A stretch of DNA of 63,615 bases from Octopus bimaculoides (taxonomy: Eukaryota): contig NC_068993.1 of the NCBI RefSeq assembly GCF_001194135.2, positions 63,926,319 to 63,989,933 of the forward strand, written 5' to 3'. The notes beneath the pieces are model-generated. The model saw only the letters and a list, made by a program, of their open reading frames with translations, did no database searches and was not told the DNA's origin. Both the position numbers and the translations under genes were made by a program. Positions 1 to 13,981 of the stretch are shown here, in pieces; within the stretch, counting starts at the first letter, position 1; every line of letters starts with the position of its first letter.

Positions 1-1522
1 ATAAATTCAAGGCAATGAAATTTTGAAATTCACGGTAAAACAATAGACCGTCGACTTGAATTATTTCTTATAATATTTTGGCTCGATAAAAAGTAATTAA
101 AATCATTTAGTTATATACATATACCTGAGAATGCTTCATGCAAATATACTACACTATTAACTATAAATATGATAAAATTAACTTAATTATCTTTCTGTGT
201 ACGAATCGTGTCTGAGAGTAATCTACTATTTCAACTTTTCTGGGTTTCTATGCCAACATTTACTTACTGATCCCCTAGTTATTATCTCGGAATGTACGAC
301 CAAGTCAATATTTCACTGAGGAGGGCGAATAATTTCGAAGTATGTCCAGAGGTGTTTTTAGTACTTGCCGAAAGAATCAATAATATTAGTCAATAACTAA
401 TATTGATTTTTTCCCCTACCACCTAGTTATTTCGAAATAACTTTTCATTACTCTCTGTATTGAATAGATTAACGCAATACTAATTAAACTTTAAACAGGT
501 GAACACTAATTTAACTAAGCATTAAATATGTGAACACTGGCTTAAGCTGGTGATGTCGCTTGAAACCACAATGTGTTAAGTAATGGGAGTAAATTTTCCT
601 AAAAAATAAAAATAGAGAGAGATATTGAACTGTATATTGTGAAGTGCTATTTGTGTAGGAAGAACTTGCTTAGAATTCTATTTGCGTAAACAATATCAGC
701 AAACGGCTTATATAGATTCCATAACTTAGCAAACACAAGCATCCTTCGCAAGTTATCTAAATAGGTTACGAGTGATTATGTTAGTGATTATCATAGTGAT
801 GAAAGGATGATATTAAAGAGGATGATGATGACAATGATGATGAAGACAATGATGATGCTAATGGTGATTATATTGAAGTGATTCCTCGTATGAACTTGCT
901 AACAATTGAGACATTAAGAGTGATTCACCAATGGTAAATAGGTGTGTTATGTACCATTCATTCTATTTTGAAGTATTTTAACAGCACACACATGAAATAA
1001 GGTGAGACAAAACAGAATTTATATTCTGTTTTAGGAGACTCAGTGCACCTGTATTGTCGGAATTAAATAGACATAGGTATATAGAGTGAGAAAGAGGAAG
1101 AGAAAGAGAGCGAAAGAAAGAGAGTGAGAGAGGGAGGGAAAGAAAGTCAAACATGCATAGGGAATCAGGGAAAGAACGAGAAGGAGAGAGAGAGTGAAAG
1201 ACAGCGGGGAAGAGAAAGAGTCTGAAATAGAGAAAAGCATAAAGGGAGAGCTTGCGGAAGAGGAGAGAGATAGAAAGAGACAAAGAAGGAAAGAGAGGGG
1301 GAGGGGGGAAATGCGTAAAAGAAAGAGTAGCGTAAAGATGGAACTAACGAAGGAGAAGGAGAAGAGATAGGAAGAGAAGAGAAGGAATAAATATTTTCAA
1401 TGACAGTGAAAATAAACATCAATGTCATATGTAGAGATTTGGAAGTAAATTTCAAGATTTAACAACATGGTATGGGAATAAAATAGATGTATGGCAAAGT
1501 AGAGCAGAATACGGATGTTAGA

Positions 1523-1624
1523 GAAGAAGAAGAAGAAGAAGAAGAAGAAGAAGAAGAAGAAGAAGAAGAAGAAGAAGAAGAAGAAGAAGAAGAAGAAGAA
1601 GAAGAAGAAGAAGAAGAAGAAGAA
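1523..1624 (+). repeat. (GAA)n microsatellite, about 34 units
   Basis: Directly visible pure GAA run; explains the poly-E and poly-S ORFs at 1459-1756. Confidence 0.98.
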
Positions 1625-1865
1625 ACAAGCTTGTCGTCAGCGCTAAAGGTTAGCATAGTTTTCATAAAAGTTCGTTTACTGAAGCGAAAACAAGTTTTCA
1701 TGAATATACACAGTGTTTCTATACTTACAAGGATCGATACAGAGAACAAAAAATAAAAAATAAAGAATAGAACGAAAATAAAAGAAAATCACTCTAGAAA
1801 ACCAATAGACAAATAAACAAAATGACTCACTCCGAAACAATGTTTACATAATCATCATCGTCATT

Positions 1866-1983
1866 ATATATGTGTATGTGTGTATGTGTATGTGTGTGTA
1901 AGTGTGTGTGTGAGTTCCTGTGTGTGCCTGTGTGTGCCTGTGTATATACACGTGCATACATATTTATATGTTTACACGTACAT

Positions 1984-2014
<31 letters not shown>

Positions 2015-2224
2015 CATATATGCATACATATACATGTACATACATAATTGTATATATATACACATACATATATTATGCATATGCAATGTATTCTTACATA
2101 TTAGCGTATACATACACACATATATATGCCAGCACACTCATAAAAGCATGGCTTACATGCACAGAGACACACCTACTGTTATAAATATGCATATTTATGC
2201 GTATGTGCCAGTAAAAACACCATC

Positions 2225-2280
<56 letters not shown>

Positions 2281-2395
2281 GTACGTATATAATAATAACG
2301 AGGAAGACAAATTTGATGATAATGATGCTGCTGCTGATGATGATGGCGACGACGACAACGACGACGACGACAATGATGATGATGATGATAACTAC
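1866..2395. repeat. Compound microsatellite block (TG, TACA, TA, GAT/GAC)
   Basis: Directly visible; source of several spurious low-complexity ORFs. Confidence 0.95.
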
Positions 2396-2529
2396 TAATT
2401 TTTTTACACAACTTCTTTAACCGTTTCCATTACCACCGCTTTCAACACAAATCACTTCAAGGGCATTTATTACATATGCCAGGTGTGAAGCACATATGAA
2501 AATATGAGTCTACTAGCAATCAGTGATTG

Positions 2530-2680
2530 TGAAGGAAACGATAGTAGAACATCGAAAAACTGGTGAAGCATATTCAGTTATGATCTGCACAAGGACTGCA
2601 AAGAGAGGCCAATAGAAAAAGCATGGGGAAAGCATCCGTCTTTGGGTACCTGATTTGAATCCAACTCTATACTAAGAATC
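2530..2680 (+). mobile_element. Possible Tc1-like transposase remnant
   Basis: Hand translation ETIVEHRKTGEAYS...KKHGE...PDLNP resembles the Tc1 N-terminal HTH region and the SPDLNP motif; heavily deleted and weak. Confidence 0.25.
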
Positions 2681-2779
2681 ATTGGTCAATTCCTTCTAAA
2701 TAATACCATTTCACATCAGTAGGCACTCACCCCAAATGTAGGCACTCACCCCAAATGCAGGCACATCAAATGAAGAAAT

Positions 2780-3300
2780 AGCCCCAGTTGCTTAAAACAA
2801 CTACCTGTCCTGACAATGACCCTTGCCTTTTACACAATCTTGCACCCCTCACGTCTGTACTTGCTCCTCTTCCCATGAAGCACTTCACTCTCTCACTTTC
2901 TGTGTGGGTATATCCTGACATTTGAAAGCATGCCTGGAGAGAATAGCAACAGCCCCTCTGACCAAACCAAGTATTGTCCTATTTGCTTTCACCTCTAACA
3001 TCTCTAATTTAATACTGTCAGTCCTTGACCATGACGTTCTCCAAATTTTGAGTCCTTCTTTCCACCATTCTGGCTTCCAAAAACCAAATCCACTGGCGGT
3101 CGATTCTTATATGTCACTCACCAGACGGATCTTGCTGAAGAAATTCAGTAAAACAATGTTATTGCATTAGATACAAACGAGGTGTTCAAATTCTCCCCCA
3201 TGGAGTCTACCTATATCTCATCCTTTGGACCAGTAGCTGTCTAGCTGATCACTTCATTGCAGCATGCCTTGATGGAGCTCTTTCTATAATCCTCTCCACC
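2780..3300 (-). mobile_element. Highly decayed RTE-like LINE RT C-terminal fragment
   Basis: Minus-strand pieces FLEARMVERR...TWFGQ and VDSMGE loosely resemble RTE EARMxRW...RWFGH and VDxFxYLG; many stops and frameshifts. Confidence 0.3.
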
Positions 3301-4188
3301 AACGTAGAGATAATGGCCACTCAGCTAAATGGTATTCAGTCGCTAACATTCACCATCTATATTAGCTGTTTCTTGTACCTCCCCCACTCATTTCTCTACC
3401 TGTTGTCTAGACACTCGGTCCTGCTCATGTCCAAACATTTGCATAAAACTTATCGCGTCTTGTTTAGTGCAATAGTCACAAACTTGTAGCGGCAATCACC
3501 CGAATAAATATCCGCTTGACCGTAAATATAAATACAACGAATTCATTTACTGTACTTCGGTAGAAATGAACAGTTACGAAACGACGTACCGTGAAAGCCA
3601 AGATTTTTATATATTTTCGTCTTCAACTAAGAAATACATATACGATTTTGTCAATATAGATCTAGATTTAGCTGGAATTTTAAATCTAATAACACAAACC
3701 TATATCACTAAAAGGAGATTAATGTGTTTTACCAAACCATTCCAGCAGACCTGAACTGCTTTGCAGTTCAGAATGCTATAAAATAATTTTCCATTCTCTT
3801 TTCCTACAGTGTTTGTATCTTCTGTCCATAAACAATTTAGAATATTCAAATATCTTAAACCGCTTATCGTATCCAAAAAGTTAAAATATTAAATGAAAAT
3901 GATTCCCTCTTCCAAATGGAATCTATAAGAATAAAATTGTTTTACATACGTGACAGTTTTCATCATATAACGATCACACTCTACTTCCTCGATTTCTTTC
4001 AGACAAACAGTTTTCTCAATAATTAGACATGCTGCTTTCCTCATCTCCCAACCCTTTAAATATTCCATTTTGTTTTGTAATGTCGCTCTACTTACTCAGT
4101 TTCTTTTATTAAATTTATATTATAAATGTAAAATTCTCTTTATATATATGCATGCACATACATGTGTGTTTTTTCTTTTGTTTGTTTG

Positions 4189-4236
<48 letters not shown>

Positions 4237-4287
4237 GAAAAGAGAAAGTGCGTTCATGTACACACACNNNNNNNNNNNNNNNNNNNN

Positions 4288-4344
<57 letters not shown>

Positions 4345-4446
4345 TACACACACATGCAAACATGCATATAAAATATTTGGTTTAAAATCCTCCCTGCAAG
4401 GCACAGATGATACTTCTGGAGAGTGTGGAAGAATGAGAAGTGGTAA

Positions 4447-4476
4447 TAACCCTAACCCTAACCCTAACCCTAACCC
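4447..4476 (-). repeat. Interstitial telomere-type repeat (TTAGGG)5
   Basis: Five perfect TAACCC units on the + strand followed by one variant unit. Confidence 0.9.
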
Positions 4477-6438
4477 TAAACCTGTCTACATTTAGAATAA
4501 TAAATACAATATGGCAATAAAATAATTGACTAAATACATAAAATATAATGAGAAAGTAATAAAAAAAAAACTGACGAGAGAGCAGATGTCAGTGGCGTAG
4601 AGTAACTGAAGTGACAATAAAGGAGCTAATTAAATGAGATAATTGTCAAAGATCTGATAAAATGATTTCATTAAAAGAAACCGCTGTCATTAAACTAGGT
4701 GATTGTTAAGCCTGAATTTTATGAGATTAAGTTCGGTTCTGAGGTAAGCACTTGAAAAAGTTTATTATTCAGCAGTTCTGCAGTAAAACGCCTTGTGCGT
4801 GTAATCTGCCACGACTTCGGAAAATATTCAGGAATCACGGATGCCGTACACCAAATGTGGCCAACTGACTTCCGATAAGGAGAGAAATCTATATTCTGGA
4901 TATTTACCATGGAAGAAATAGGTCAGACTAAGCTGTGAAAGGATCAGGAACGAACTTATCTAATTTTAAAATAATTTACAATTTACAAATACTCTCGTTC
5001 GCCGAGTGAGTAACACCGCCTGGCAGTTTTGAATGTAAATACGCTGATCGTTGTTATATTTTGTCGTCGATGAATATCTCCGATTAGGCGATATGTTTTG
5101 GTAACGTCTGCGGTTCCCTGGCATATAGGGATTTTAAGACACCATGGTGTTCGACCGTATTGTGTCCCTCTTCAGTTAAATGACCTCGATTAATGAATCT
5201 CACTTGGATACTGGCTCTTTATTTTTGGTTTACATTAGCATAAGTCTCAAAGCTAACTTACCTCAGGGAATCGCATCTGTTATAAATATACATCATCCAA
5301 AAAGAGGAGATATCTTCAGGTGACAAAATACTAAAACGATCAGCATGTTCCCGTTCGAATCCGCTAGAATGTATTGAGAATAATGAAAAATAATTGATTA
5401 AGAAATATAAAAAGTACTTAAATGATAGATTTGATGATAACTGTGAATATAATGATTTGTTACTAGAATACTTTTATACAAAGCAAAACGATGCAGACCG
5501 TAATGTTTGTGAAATTTACTTAAAAAGCAAACAAACCCTTCTTCTTGAATCGTTCTGAGTTTGTAAACCAGTTGCAACTGAATGGAAAAATAATTATTAC
5601 ATTTTAAAACGATTTGACAATTTTTATTTACTATTTAATATATCGAAAAATGATACAATTCTTTCAACTGAATTGTGCATTTTCATTATTATTTTGTTCA
5701 CACACACACATATTTGAGTATGTATATACGTGTAGATAAGTACACACACACACACACACATACACACACGCACACACGCACATATATATGCACGCGTTCA
5801 GATACTCACGCACATTTCTAAACAAACACACACACATACGTCTATGACTTTAGGTTATCAAATTCTATTTTAATTACTCATTAAGTCACCCACTCGAGTA
5901 GAAGTTATTAATAAGTGATTCATATAGAGAGTTTAATGTAGGATTGTAAGAAACGTAGCGAATCAAATATCTTTCACCATTCAACCTATTTTAGGATTTT
6001 TCATTATTTTATTTTCATAATTTGTAATTTTATGATTCGCTTGACCAAGTTGACTTTGTTTACTGTTTTCAAATTTGTAACAATTCCCTTTATTTATTAT
6101 TTTTTGTTGTCTGGGACAGCATTATCTAACGCGTCCATTGTTATTTTCCATCTCTAACCGAACAAACTCAGGTCAGATGCCTTAGGCTGTCGCCACCCTG
6201 TCTTTTTCTATTTAGAATATTGGTGGACTACATTTTGCAATGAATCCTTTATTTTTAATAACACAATATTTGATCCGATTGAAATAATGCTGCTGTTCCT
6301 AGCAATTTGAGTTGTCATGTAATTCTAAAATGCGTGGCGATTGTGATTTGATTTCCATCCCTTGTTGATACATTTTCACTTCGCGTAGTTTGTTTTTGGG
6401 TAAAGTGTGATCTTCAATAACTCTCTTTTTACATAATA

Positions 6439-7200
6439 TTAGGTTGTTCCGAAAATAATGGCCGATTTCAGAAACACAATTTTATTCTAGAAAAATTAAC
6501 AATAGAAATATTTTTATTAGTCAAAGTATGAGCCGTGAACATCGAGGCACCTCTGGCATCGATTAACGAGATTATTTATGCCTCGTTGATAAAAACTTAT
6601 TGACTTTAATACTAAGAAATCTTTGAAAGCTGATTCTACCTCTGGTTTGAACCTGAAAGTTTTATCACTTAAAAACGTGGTTAATTGCTTAAAAAATGGT
6701 AGTCAATGGGTGAAAAATCAGGAGAATATAGAGGATGTGGTAAGGTCTCGTATCCCAAATCTGTGAGTTTCTGCATGTCATTCTTGCAACATGTAACTTT
6801 GCATTACCGTGGAGCAGAATTGGGTCACGCCGATTCACCAATGCAGGTCTCGTTATTTGCAAGCGAGCATGCATTTCAGTGATTTGATTGCAGTAAACCT
6901 CTTCTGTAATGCTCTGATTGGCTTCCAGAAAGCTATAATGGACAACACCAATTGCAGACAGTTACCATAATCTTTTGCTAATGCAACTTTGACTTTGGGA
7001 AAAGTTTGGGGGACTCATCACGATCAAGCCATTGACCTGATCGTTTACTGTTATCATAAAGGATCCACTTTTCGTCACAAGTGACTATTCGGTCAAGAAA
7101 ATGATCATTGGTGTTTCGCAGAAAGAGCATCGAGCACACTTCAAAACGTCGAACATTTTGATTTTCATCGAGCACGGTGGGGCCTGTGACATTCATGTTT
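6439..7200 (-). mobile_element. Mariner transposon remnant (3' half of DD34D transposase plus terminal inverted repeat)
   Basis: DRIVTCDEKWILYDN (first D), LLHGNAKLHVARMT (HDNARPH), HPLYSPDFSPIDYHFFKQL (YSPDLAPSD), ending HGSYFD-stop at 6517; TA followed by mariner-type TIR TTAGGTTGTTCCGAAAATAATGGCCG at 6437-6464. Confidence 0.92.
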
Positions 7201-7259
7201 TGATCCTTATCGTCTACCCCTTAAATCACTACTGATCAAAAAGAAGACCTATAATCGGA

Positions 7260-7560
7260 GGCATTTCAAGATTAGCCCCTTTTTTAGGCATGTATAGGAA
7301 TACATGTTCCAGTGTTCTATTGATTTCATTTAAGATAGTGGGGAGTTATTTGAGGAGCATGTGACTGCTAGTTTCACCAGTTCCAACAAACACAAAGAGG
7401 CGCTTTCGCTTGTGAGAGTCATGCTGCTTGTTTTAGCGCCTGTCTCAGCTCTGAATGAACAGATGTATTATTATAAAAGGTGTTCACCATTAACCATGTA
7501 TTTGCAGAAATTCAATGTAATGTGAAGGTTATTTGACTGCTATATTTAACAAACCGAGCG
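7260..7560 (-). mobile_element. Possible decayed Penelope-like RT fragment
   Basis: LLELVKLAV...SYTCLKKG weakly resembles the PLE RT segment around MG...SYACLF; low similarity. Confidence 0.2.
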
Positions 7561-10500
7561 ACCATGCGGAGGTTATCGTGCTACCATTCATATAACGGTA
7601 TATGTCAAAGTCATCAGCATGAGTGAGATAGAATGACATTGTATTTAATAGGCCGGAACATATTATTTGGGAGTCTTCGTGGAGATCCAATGTAGTCTGA
7701 TCTGCTACCAATGGAAATGAAATCATTTTCTAAGCACTCCTTACTGTCTTAAAAAGTAACGACACATTCAATAGTATAATTTGAGATACGACACTAGGCT
7801 AATAAAAACGACAGGGTGGTCATGGCAGGAATGTCATTGATCGTGAGTCTGGAGGTTGTAAATCCATTTGGAACTAAACAAGAAACAGCTGGATTGGCAC
7901 AGTAAATTTAAAAAACAAAACAAAACGTTAAATACAATTTATTTCTAGAGAACACGTAATTAGTATGATGAATCATTTCTAGATTTTAGTGGCCAACTTG
8001 ACCTTCAATGATACTCATCTAAAATATTGTTTGCGCTCATGATTGATTTTTCTTCAACAGATTTCAAATTCCTTCACCAGACGAAAATATATTTCTCTCA
8101 ATGAACATGACGTTAGATGATATTATTACATGCTTAACTAACTATAATGAATTTGTCGTTGCAAAGAGCTGACATTGTTATAGCAGAGTGTATTTAACAG
8201 TTAAGTACCACCTAATATACTTAATGTGAGACAAAAATAAATTTTAATCAATCGAAACTACATTTGTAATGAGAAGAAAAGTCACTAGCTTTAATAACCA
8301 TTCTTATCAAGGAAGTTCTGAAGAAGAATTCACAAATTTAAAATGATTAAATTCAAAATTGAAGCCTGTCTGCAGCGGCGAGTAACAAGTCTGGACATGT
8401 GTTGAACTTATTGAGCTTCTCAGTTGAATTTAATACCTAATTATTGCACATAAGCACAACTGAATTTTTATTTATTTATTTGTTTATTTATTCATCTATT
8501 TGGTGTGCAAACTTGTCAGTTAAAGGCGATAGAAAATGAAATATATATTACTTCTGGGAGTATATTTTGACTAACACCATTTATAGCGATTGCAATGAGT
8601 GCTACTGCATTCCATTTCCGAAAATTTGAACTTTGTCAGAACAGATAAATTTCCATTTTGAGATGCGCAATATAAACTCAGGGTAAGCAGTTCCGAATTG
8701 TTCATGGTAATCTTGGAAAAGGCATAAACGTTTCAACATGCCATTTCAATTTCTTGAAAATTTCATGGACTTTATTTCGTCGAAAATGAAAATAAAGCAA
8801 GACAAATCAGCTCATCTTGTATATATGTTTTGAGGTTGTGTGGGACTGTTATTGAATTATAAACTGGTGATGAAATGACTGCCCAACGATGGTTTGTCCA
8901 TTTGATTTCGATTTTCCGATGTTTGCTATATACGTCGTTTTACGCCACAGATTGCAAACAGAATACACAAGGCCAGAAGTTGTTGCAATCCTGAAGTCAG
9001 GGCTGCTGTAAAATCTGGAAATCCACATGAGTACTGATGCATCCTTATGGCAACACTGTGCACACGATTGGCTTCTTGGATTCTGATATCATTTAGGACG
9101 AAGTAAAAGGATGTGCTGATACTCTGAATGAGATCATTTGTCATCAGTCTACGTATATGTATATTTTATGGACGAATGTATGTGTATGTATACGTGTATA
9201 TTTATATGTTCCTCTATATAGGTATTTCTGTGTAAAAATACGTATAGCTTACATTTATAGATATGCAGCGTGTATATTGTTGCGAATATACATCTGAACG
9301 TGTAAGATGGTCTTCGTACGTAAAGAGGAGCGTGCGTGTAATTGTGCACGTCTCTGCATCTAAATATATTGGCGTTGCTTTAGTTATTTGTGAGTGCAGA
9401 TACCTGGCTAATTTTGTATCTTTTGCAGAGGATGGGTTATAGCAATGGATGAATGAGTTTACCTCATCACAATATATATTTTTGTTTCCTGGGGAATTTA
9501 TCTACATTATTTATCTTTTATCTTTTTGTTTTTATGTTATACTGCCAAACGTGTAACATTCTTCAATGTTATACTTTTGAATTCTTTGGATTCCCACGAA
9601 CTAATTTGTATATCTGCCTGAGGAAATCTGATACGCTCTTTATTGAGACCTGATACTCGTACTATAAATCCTTTCTCATCTAGATTTCTCTCTTAAATCC
9701 CCGACCCAAGGCTTATCTATTTTGAATATAATTCATTAGTAGTATTTACTTTTCCTTGCTCCTCCCAAACTTTTTCTGATGCGATGTTGAGTGTATCTGA
9801 TGCACAAATTGGGCAGCAGTAACCTACATATGTCAATGAAATTTACGTACTTTCATATTGGTTTACTGTAACATATATACATATCAATAGTTGGAGACCT
9901 AAATATATATCGATGTGTTTGTGCGTGTTCATCAGTACTTTGGATTCTCTAAGGTGAATGAATAACACGTATCTACTCATTTCTTTATTCTTCGGTCATA
10001 ACTTACGTTAGCAGCAACAGCGAAAGTAATAAACGTCAGGTATATAAAAAAAAAGAAAAAAAGAAAGGAGGTTCAACTGATCAGTCAGATATCCTCAAGG
10101 GAAACTTGTGTATGAGAGCGTTTGTGCGTGTATGTATGTATGTACACACACACATGCACAAACACACTCAACTCAAATACATATACACACACATATATAC
10201 ATACACACAAACATATATATACATAGATATAGATACACACAGACAAAGACGTAATTCCCATATATAATCATATACATATTTATATGCACTAAAGATATAA
10301 AATAGATAGCGTATGTGTGTTTATGTCTATACAATAATATTTGCTATATTTTACATTCTATAAATTATATATTTATATTCTATAGTATAAGTAGGCGCAT
10401 AATTCTATTTATACGTATATATATACATGTGTGTGTATGCGTGTTTGTATGTGTGTGTATGTATGTATGTATATATGTATATATGTATATATATATATAT

Positions 10501-10570
10501 GTATATGNNNNNNNNNNCACATATATACATACATGCAGACACAACAAACGCATACTTGGTTAGATTTATC

Positions 10571-10755
10571 ATATGTCTAGCCAAGTTTGTAACTTCACTG
10601 ATTTAATCTAAATGATCAATGGTACTCTCTCTCTCTCTCTCACACACGCACACATACATGCACACATACATACATGCATAGACACACACATATCTATATC
10701 TATCTATATAAACGTATGTACATACGTATACATGCGTACATACATATACACACAC

Positions 10756-10819
<64 letters not shown>

Positions 10820-10864
10820 TCATTTAAATCATATCGGTGAATTTACACACTTGGCTAGACATAT
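10571..10864. mobile_element. MITE-like unit: 47-bp inverted repeats around a microsatellite core
   Basis: 10571-10617 versus reverse complement of 10818-10864 match at 41/47; the spacer is CT/CA/TG repeats. Confidence 0.6.
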
Positions 10865-11263
10865 AATGTTTTATACATACAATATTTTTACCACATTTAT
10901 TTGGTTTGTTTGTTATTGAAGAAAACAAGGAAACGGATTTTGATATTCGATTAAAATTGTAATAAAAAATTTCAAAGAGTGTCTTTCCGACGTTAAAGTG
11001 TCTTTGAAAATCAACTTTAATATTTCCACATGAGAAACTGTGAAGTCACACTAATGCGCAGACTTGATGTTGTAGCTATTCAAATACATATTTATTATCT
11101 GTCTTTCGTTCGACTGTTATGGGAAGGATCAAAACACTGTATGTAAAGAGAATTCTTTACTCTTATTTCTTCTTTTCATTACTCTCTTCCCTATCTGTCT
11201 ATATGTATATATTTGTGTGTCTGCCTGTGTGTACATATATATGTGCGTGTATGTCCATATATG

Positions 11264-11313
<50 letters not shown>

Positions 11314-12289
11314 CGTATATATATATGTATATATATATANNNNNNNNNNNNNNNNNNNNNNNNNNNNNNNNNNNNNNNNNNNNNNNNNNNNNNNNNNNNN
11401 NNNNNNNNNNNNNNNNNNNNNNNNNNNNNNNNNNNNNNNNNNNNNNNNNNNNNNNNNNNNNNNNNNNNNNNNNNNNNNNNNNNNNNNNNNNNNNNNNNNN
11501 NNNNNNNNNNNNNNNNNNNNNNNNNNNNNNNNNNNNNNNNNNNNNNNNNNNNNNNNNNNNNNNNNNNNNNNNNNNNNNNNNNNNNNNNNNNNNNNNNNNN
11601 NNNNNNNNNNNNNNNNNNNNNNNNNNNNNNNNNNNNNNNNNNNNNNNNNNNNNNNNNNNNNNNNNNNNNNNNNNNNNNNNNNNNNNNNNNNNNNNNNNNN
11701 NNNNNNNNNNNNNNNNNNNNNNNNNNNNNNNNNNNNNNNNNNNNNNNNNNNNNNNNNNNNNNNNNNNNNNNNNNNNNNNNNNNNNNNNNNNNNNNNNNNN
11801 NNNNNNNNNNNNNNNNNNNNNNNNNNNNNNNNNNNNNNNNNNNNNNNNNNNNNNNNNNNNNNNNNNNNNNNNNNNNATATATACATATGTATATATATGT
11901 ATATATATATTTAGATGTGCATTGCCTGCATGTAAGTGTATGAACGTGTATATGTGAAAAGTGTGAATGAATGCCTACACTTGAGAACCGGTACCTAAAG
12001 TTTGTGTTTGGCTACTCATTGCTGTCCTTATGTATTTTAACTGCTCGCACACGCCTCACATATAATATTTCCTTGCTCCCTGCATAGGACATTTTTCTCA
12101 TGTGACCATCTCTGTTCTGTCTTTTTTTCTGTCTTTATCTGCTAGCTTTCTTTTCCTTTTTATCTTACATTTTCTTTCCCACTATTTACCTCTTTCACAT
12201 GTATTTTATACCTAAATATATAAAATATCCATTTTTCCTTTTTCCTTTTATCCTTTTTCTGCATTTTTTACTCTCCTCTATTTTTATTC

Positions 12290-12420
12290 TATCTTCCTTC
12301 TGATGAAGTACTAGTGTCCAAAACGTCAAGACTATTTTCAGCTTTTTGAAAGCGTTAAAATAATGTAACATTCGCTAAAGCTTGTCTCTTCCGCGCTGCT
12401 TTCTTTCTGTTTGTATTCAT
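12290..12420 (+). mobile_element. Penelope-like pLTR remnant with decayed hammerhead motif
   Basis: CTGATGA-A-GTAC-TAGT-GTCC-AAAAC-GTC-AAGA at 12300-12331. Confidence 0.45.
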
Positions 12421-13004
12421 TACTGCTCTAAGTAGAATAAAAACAGCTTAAAAAGGATAAAATTGCCCCAAGAATAATTTTCACCCACATTTAAGACAAT
12501 AATTGCTAAGAAATCCTGAAGTTCTGGCGAAGACGAACCACGGGTGGTATTGTACACTTCAATTGCATTTCATGTTAATTATCTCGGAAGGAGAAAAATT
12601 TCAGTTAACGCCAGCAAGTACTGAACTCAGGCTTTCAGGAGCCGTACTTAGACACTGTTCGATGTTCCAGCGATTCTGCCTTCATCGCCGTCTCACAGAA
12701 AAAAAGGAAGTAAATAAATAAATAACATGCTTGCGAAATCTTTTCCGAAATGTGAATTAAAAATTTCTGCATTAGTGACAGTTTTCTAATTTTTTGTCCA
12801 TTTATTTTTATGATGTCACTTGAAAGGAGAGAGTTCAGCAACTGTTTTGTAGAGAGACATTAAATGTTGACAAAAACATCTGTTGCGCTTTGTCATATTT
12901 AAAATATTGTCTGCATTAACAGTTAATCCCTTCAATTTCCAGTGAACTCACATTTTAGATCATCCATCCATTCGTAGTGCACGAAGAAAATTACAAATCC
13001 TCAA

Positions 13005-13062
<58 letters not shown>

Positions 13063-13176
13063 CCTTCTCTCTCTATCTCCCTCTCTCTATCTATGTATCT
13101 ATCACGTTCTCCCTTCCTCTCTCTTTCCCTCTCTTTCTCTATGTATGTATGTATGTATGTATGTATGTATATATGC

Positions 13177-13234
<58 letters not shown>

Positions 13235-13239
13235 ACTTG

Positions 13240-13478
13240 TGTGTATGTGTGTGTGTCTGTGTGTCTGTATAGTTGTCCCCCACTATCGCTTGACAACCGG
13301 TTTTCGTATTTTTGCATCTCCGTAACTTCGTGGTTCGGCAAAAAGTCAGCGATAGAATAAGTACCAGGCTTAACAAAAAATAAAGTACTGGAATCAATTC
13401 ATTCGAGTAAAAATTCTTCAAGGCAGTGCCCCCAGCATGGCCGCAGTCTAATGACTGAAACAAGTAAAAGATAAAAGT
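13240..13478 (+). mobile_element. tRNA-derived SINE (family A) 3' half
   Basis: Contains GCTTGACAACCGG...GATAGAATAAGTACCAGGCTT...CAGCATGGCCGCAGTCTAATGACTGAAACAAGTAAAAGA, matching in reverse complement the copies at 37.8, 39.9 and 55.0 kb. Confidence 0.85.
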
Positions 13479-13533
13479 AACATACATGCAAACATACGTA
13501 CAGATATATATGTATGTATGTATATATATATAT

Positions 13534-13936
13534 ATATTATGCTTTCGTTCTTTGCATTTTTAAAAGAAAATTAGGAAGTATCATCACAGAGCAAGCCAAC
13601 GTTTATCAAAGCTGTCTAGATCCACTCTTCTCTTCTCGTTATATATAGACACGCGTTTCTTGACATTTGGAACCAGTAATAAATGTTTAAGAAATTGTTA
13701 TAGGGGTAGATTACAAAATGATTTGAAGCCAGGAATTTGTTTGGACAATTCTGTTGTAACATCAAGAGCAATATTTAAGGCTAATGTTTCAAAATTCCTT
13801 TTATGTTACGAATTCTGTCATTTTCAAATAACTGATTTTTATTTCTATGTTACGTGATGACGATGAAGTTGATTCATTGAGTCAAGTAAAAAAACATGGC
13901 GCGGAACATTTCACGATGCCTTTAATACCTTTCGGA
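13534..13936. repeat. Left arm of 403-bp inverted duplication
   Basis: Reverse complement of 15720-16122 with one mismatch found by eye (GATGAAG vs GATCAAG); identical ORFs at 13660+ and 15799-. Confidence 0.97.
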
Positions 13937-13981
13937 TTTCCACCTCTTTCGATCTCTTTCAAATGTTATGCGTGGAGTTTC

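Noticed and set aside
2720-2757. Perfect 19-bp tandem duplication TAGGCACTCACCCCAAATG
   Set aside because: Two units without spacers; ordinary slippage, not a CRISPR-like or functional array.
3480-5570. Coding-like frames (92-codon + frame at 3480-3754; minus frame 3600-4080; candidate minus exon 5261-5364)
   Set aside because: No recognisable domain, inconsistent strand and phase between pieces, and lengths within chance expectation for AT-rich DNA.
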